The notes below the pieces were generated by a model. It was not told where the DNA came from. It did no database searches and worked only from the letters and a program-made list of their open reading frames with translations. Made by a program: the position numbers and the translations under genes. From Octopus sinensis (lineage: Eukaryota), in assembly GCF_006345805.1 (NCBI RefSeq), contig NW_021827303.1, positions 1-10,477 on the forward strand: a stretch of DNA of 10,477 nucleotides, in the 5' to 3' direction. Below, in pieces: positions 7,310-10,477 of this stretch (within the stretch, counting starts at the first letter, position 1; each line of letters starts with the position of its first letter).

Positions 7310-7470
7310 GCCGCCGACGTCGTCGTCGTCGTCGTCATCATCATCATCATCATAATCGTCATCATCATTCTCATTATCACCATCATTATCACCGCTCCTC
7401 GTCGTCGTCGTCATCATTAGTATCATCATCATCATCATCATCATCATCGTCCTCATCCTCAACATCACAA
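7310..7470. repeat. Imperfect (GTC)n/(ATC)n trinucleotide repeat
   Basis: Directly visible. Confidence 0.93.
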
Positions 7471-7502
7471 CCATCTACAACAGCGATAGAATCATACAAC
7501 AT

Positions 7503-7792
7503 TGTGTATGTCTGTGTGCGTGTGCGTGTGTGGCCAATGACATGGCATGTGTGTGTGTTGTGTGTGTGTGTGTGTGTGTGTGTGTTTGTGTGTGTGCGTG
7601 CGTGCGTCTGTGTGCGTGTGTGTGTGTGTGTGTGTTTCTAAGTCAGCATACTTGCGTGTGTCCGTGTTTTCGTGAGTTCAAACAACGGCTGGTGTTTCTA
7701 CCTGTATTCACGTGCGTGTGTGCTTGCGTGCGCGCGCGTTTGTGCATGTGTGTGTGTGTGTGTGCGTGTGAGTGTGTTTGTGTGTGTGTGTA
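7503..7792. repeat. Interrupted (TG)n/(TGCG)n arrays
   Basis: Directly visible. Confidence 0.93.
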
Positions 7793-8028
7793 TGCTTTTA
7801 ATATCAACTGACAACAAGGATATTATTATAGATCGGTATTTCGCGTGTTATTACTGAGACAGTGCTTTCCTTTTTAGACAGAACAGTACACCTGGCCGCA
7901 TGCAGGTACAATCAGCGAACCACAGCGTTCTAATTTTGTGTGTTTTGTGAGGTCACGGCTGTAAGTTCGATTCTTCTCTCTGAAAGAACTGAAAATAAAG
8001 CATCAGTGTGTATGTGTGTGCATATATG

Positions 8029-8249
8029 TTTCTTTACTACCCACAAGGGGCTACACACAGAGGGGACAAATAAGGACAGACAAACGGATTACGTCGACCC
8101 CAGTGCGTAACTGGTACTTTATTTATCGACCCCGAAAGGATGAAAGGCAAAGTCGACCTCGGCGGAATTTGAACTCAGAACGTAACGGCAGGCGAAATAC
8201 AGCTACGCATTTCGCCCAGCGTGCTAACGTTTCTGCCAGCTCGCCGCCT
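8029..8249 (-). mobile_element. tRNA-derived SINE family A, essentially full length (resembles octopus OK-type SINEs)
   Basis: Minus strand reads AGGCGGCGAGCTGGCAGAAACGTTAG (A-box-like), then GAGTTCAAATTCC (B-box), central GTCGACTTTGCCTTTCATCCTTTCGGGGTCGATAAA, and tail GTAAAGAAA. A second copy is at 1847-2011. It sits in a TG/TA microsatellite with tgtgcatatatg near both ends. Confidence 0.9.
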
Positions 8250-8390
8250 TTGTATGTGCATATATGTGTGTGCATATATGTATGCATACATGTGTGTGCA
8301 TCTGTGAGCGTGTGTCTGTGCATGCACATGTGTGTATGCATATGTATATATATATATATATATATATAGTATATATATATATATATATAT
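8250..8390. repeat. Compound (TG/TGCA)/(TA)n microsatellite
   Basis: Directly visible. Confidence 0.92.
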
Positions 8391-8665
8391 CACGTGAGCC
8401 ATCACGTGACCGACCAGTCCATCAGATGTAGTTACACATCACTGGTCACAATGCGTTCGCTGGCTAAGCGAGCAGGCCAACAGAAGAAAGAGTGAGAGAA
8501 AAAGTGGTGAAAGAGTACAGCAGGGATCACCACACCCTGCCGGAGCCTCGTGGAGCTTTTAGGAGTTTTCGCTCAATAAACACTCACAACGCCCGGTCTG
8601 GGAATCGAAACCGCGATCCTACGGCCGCGAGTCCGCTGCCCTCACCACTAGGCCATTGCTCCTCC
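8389..8665 (-). mobile_element. tRNA-derived SINE family C with intact Pol III boxes
   Basis: Minus strand: GGAGGAGCAATGGCCTAGTGGTGAGGGCAGCGGACTCGCGGCCGTAGGATCGCGGTTTCGATTCCC. The A box is TGGCCTAGTGG (8655-8645) and the B box GGTTTCGATTCCC (8612-8600). D-arm and anticodon-arm remnants are present but there is no acceptor stem. A ~200-bp non-tRNA body ends in repeated TCACGTGA. Confidence 0.85.
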
Positions 8666-8690
8666 ACACACACACACACACAGACACACA

Positions 8691-8728
<38 letters not shown>

Positions 8729-8749
8729 ATATATGTATGTGTGTGTGTG
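8666..8749. repeat. (CA)n followed by short (TG)n
   Basis: Directly visible. Confidence 0.95.
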
Positions 8750-8754
8750 GATAA

Positions 8755-9035
8755 CAATGGGGATATCCCCGTAGAGTGGAGTGGTGAACCATGAGGAGGA
8801 CTGTCTGGAAATCACGTTCGTGAGTACAGAGTTGACGGAGACGGAGTAGTTGAGAATAGGGGATGGACAGTTTGGTGTTGATAAAATGGGAGGTGGAGAA
8901 GTGGAGGTATTATGGAAGTCTGTCGGAGTGTAGTGGATGAAAATGGTAAGAGAGAAGAGATTGATGGCAGAGGAAATATCCAGGAAGTGAGCGACAGTGT
9001 TGGAGTCAGAGCAGAATTCAAGGGCGGCGGGGACA
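8755..9035 (-). pseudogene. Penelope-like retroelement (Neptune-type) reverse-transcriptase C-terminal/thumb fragment
   Basis: Minus-strand translation with one frameshift: PALEFCSDSNTVAHFLDISSAINLFSLTIFIHYTPTDFHN/LHFSTSHFINTKLSIPYSQLLRLRQLCTHERDFQTVLLMVHHSTLRGYP. It matches the PLE pattern FLD..YxKPTDxHxYLxxxSxHP..SIPYSQxLRLRRxCS..DF..RGYP. FLD is at 8986-8978, SIPYSQ at 8867-8850 and RGYP at 8771-8760. Confidence 0.88.
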
Positions 9036-9230
9036 GACTAGATCAGTGTCTCTCAATTTTTTGCCCCTCCGTAAAACATTAAATAAATTACGTATCTCAA
9101 GGAACTCTCGTACAAAGAAAATTATATACCATATCATTCTTATATCTTTTCATCGTAGTTCACGTGGTGAATATCTTATATATATATATATATCTTTTGT
9201 TATCTTACCGTTTTATCAATATATATATTG

Positions 9231-9359
9231 CCGGTTCGGCAAAAGAGACTGATAGAATAGGTACTAGGCTTTCAAAGAATGAATCCTGGGATCGATTTGC
9301 TCGACTAAAGGCGGTTCTCCATCATGGCCGCTGTCAAATGACTGAAACAAGAGTAAAGA
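9231..9359 (+). mobile_element. SINE family B, 3' fragment
   Basis: cggttcggcaaaagagactgatagaataggtactaggctt..cctgggatcgatttgctcgactaaag..ccatcatggccgc aligns with 6052-6155. It ends in an A-rich gagtaaaga tail. Confidence 0.88.
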
Positions 9360-9440
9360 TATATACATACATATATATACATACATACATACATAAAAGA
9401 GAACAAGGTGTAAGTTACGCCGCAATAATATATGTAAAAA

Positions 9441-9720
9441 ATATATATATAAAAATACAAAATGGGACAAGAACGCAAAACATTCAAATAGACGGCGGAG
9501 GAAGAAAATTGCCAACGATACACTTCCAAGGAATCCAATGCTCTTTGCTTAGTTTTTCTTTGGGGCTGGGCTGATTGGAGCAATCTCAAGCATAATCAGC
9601 CGAAATTGCGAAGATAATCTGGTACTTGACTGAGGAAAGAAAACTTCGAATGACTCATCCTTGCTTTCTTTGTATCGTCTATCTGGGTGTTTTGTTGTTC
9701 CATTTTTGTTGTATTATATA
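9441..9720. mobile_element. Small repeat unit with diverged inverted ends between (TA)n tracts; candidate inverted Penelope pseudo-LTR or foldback element
   Basis: 9455-9494 atacaaaatgggacaagaacgcaaaacattcaaatagacg versus the reverse complement of 9676-9714, atacaacaaaaatggaacaacaaaacacccagatagacg. Internal hairpins and a CTGAGGA..CGAA motif are present. Confidence 0.5.
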
Positions 9721-9791
9721 GTGTATATATATATATATATATTATATATATATATATACATATATTATATATATATATTATATATATATAT

Positions 9792-9840
<49 letters not shown>

Positions 9841-9932
9841 GATGCATATATGTATATTTATATATATGTGTTTATATGAAAATATATAATATAATTGTAT
9901 ATATGTATATGTAATATATATATATATATATA
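9715..9932. repeat. Long imperfect (TA)n microsatellite
   Basis: Directly visible. Confidence 0.96.
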
Positions 9933-10391
9933 AATTTAAGTCGCAATATATGAATTCAAGTAATCCGGTAGTACTCATTAAAAAGCTCCTTAAGTCTACA
10001 AAACATATAAAATATATAGTATGAGACAAGGGAAACGAGATGGAGTGTATAAAATCACAAATGACAGAAATAATTTGGTGAAATTTTATTTAATAACAAT
10101 CTTTTAAAATTGTGACTTTGCGTTACTAAAATGTTACGTTGAGAATTTAGTATTTAACAAAGACTTTCTCTCACGTAACTTAAAATTCTGCATTATTTTG
10201 AAGGATTTTTTTTTTTTGCATTTTGCACTTTGCATTAATGCCGGCATTTAAGTAATTCATTGGTTATCAAATATAATAATATAAATTATTTGCATGCTTT
10301 TAAGTTACGAAACAATTTGTTGTGATATTAAAATTTTCTTGCTGCTAAATAAAATTCCATCAAATTATATCTCAGACATTTATGACTATAT

Positions 10392-10477
10392 GCATACATA
10401 CATATACACATACATACATACATGCAAACATACAAACATACATATATACATATATACATACATACATACATGTGTAT
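10392..10477. repeat. Imperfect (CATA)n microsatellite
   Basis: Directly visible. Confidence 0.93.

Noticed and set aside
6443-7420. 325-aa ORF with poly-Thr/Ala/Val/Ile tracts, plus the overlapping ORFs
   Set aside because: It is mostly a translation of CA/TA/CT and trinucleotide microsatellites that are poor in stop codons. No domain-like content and a non-ATG start.
8590-8665. Functional tRNA gene
   Set aside because: A and B boxes are present, but there is no acceptor-stem pairing and the T-arm is poor. It continues into a SINE body.
8016-10029. Numerous short ORFs in the ORF track
   Set aside because: They derive from SINEs, (TA)n/(CA)n repeats, or non-coding frames of the PLE fragment.

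Overview
Eukaryotic, AT-rich, microsatellite-dense DNA with no credible host protein-coding gene. The SINE families and repeat landscape resemble an octopus/cephalopod genome (recognised from memory, not database-confirmed). The window is largely decayed mobile elements. Five Tc1/mariner-superfamily remnants lie in the first ~4.3 kb: a rosa/DD41D-like 5' half, a near-complete dead DD34D mariner, an internally deleted IR/DR Tc1 carrying a nested SINE, an internally deleted mellifera-like mariner with both TIRs and TA TSDs, and an orphan Tc1 left end. Further along are a ~1.1-kb non-autonomous Helitron, seven copies of three tRNA-derived SINE families, a Penelope-like reverse-transcriptase fragment and a higher-order compound-microsatellite repeat. 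The most interesting signals are a degenerate minimal hammerhead-ribozyme fold (3271-3338, minus strand) and an inverted-end, pLTR-like unit with hammerhead-like motifs (9441-9720). These point to Penelope/retrozyme-type elements. I see no well-supported wholly new biological system. Most ORFs in the supplied track are microsatellite artefacts.
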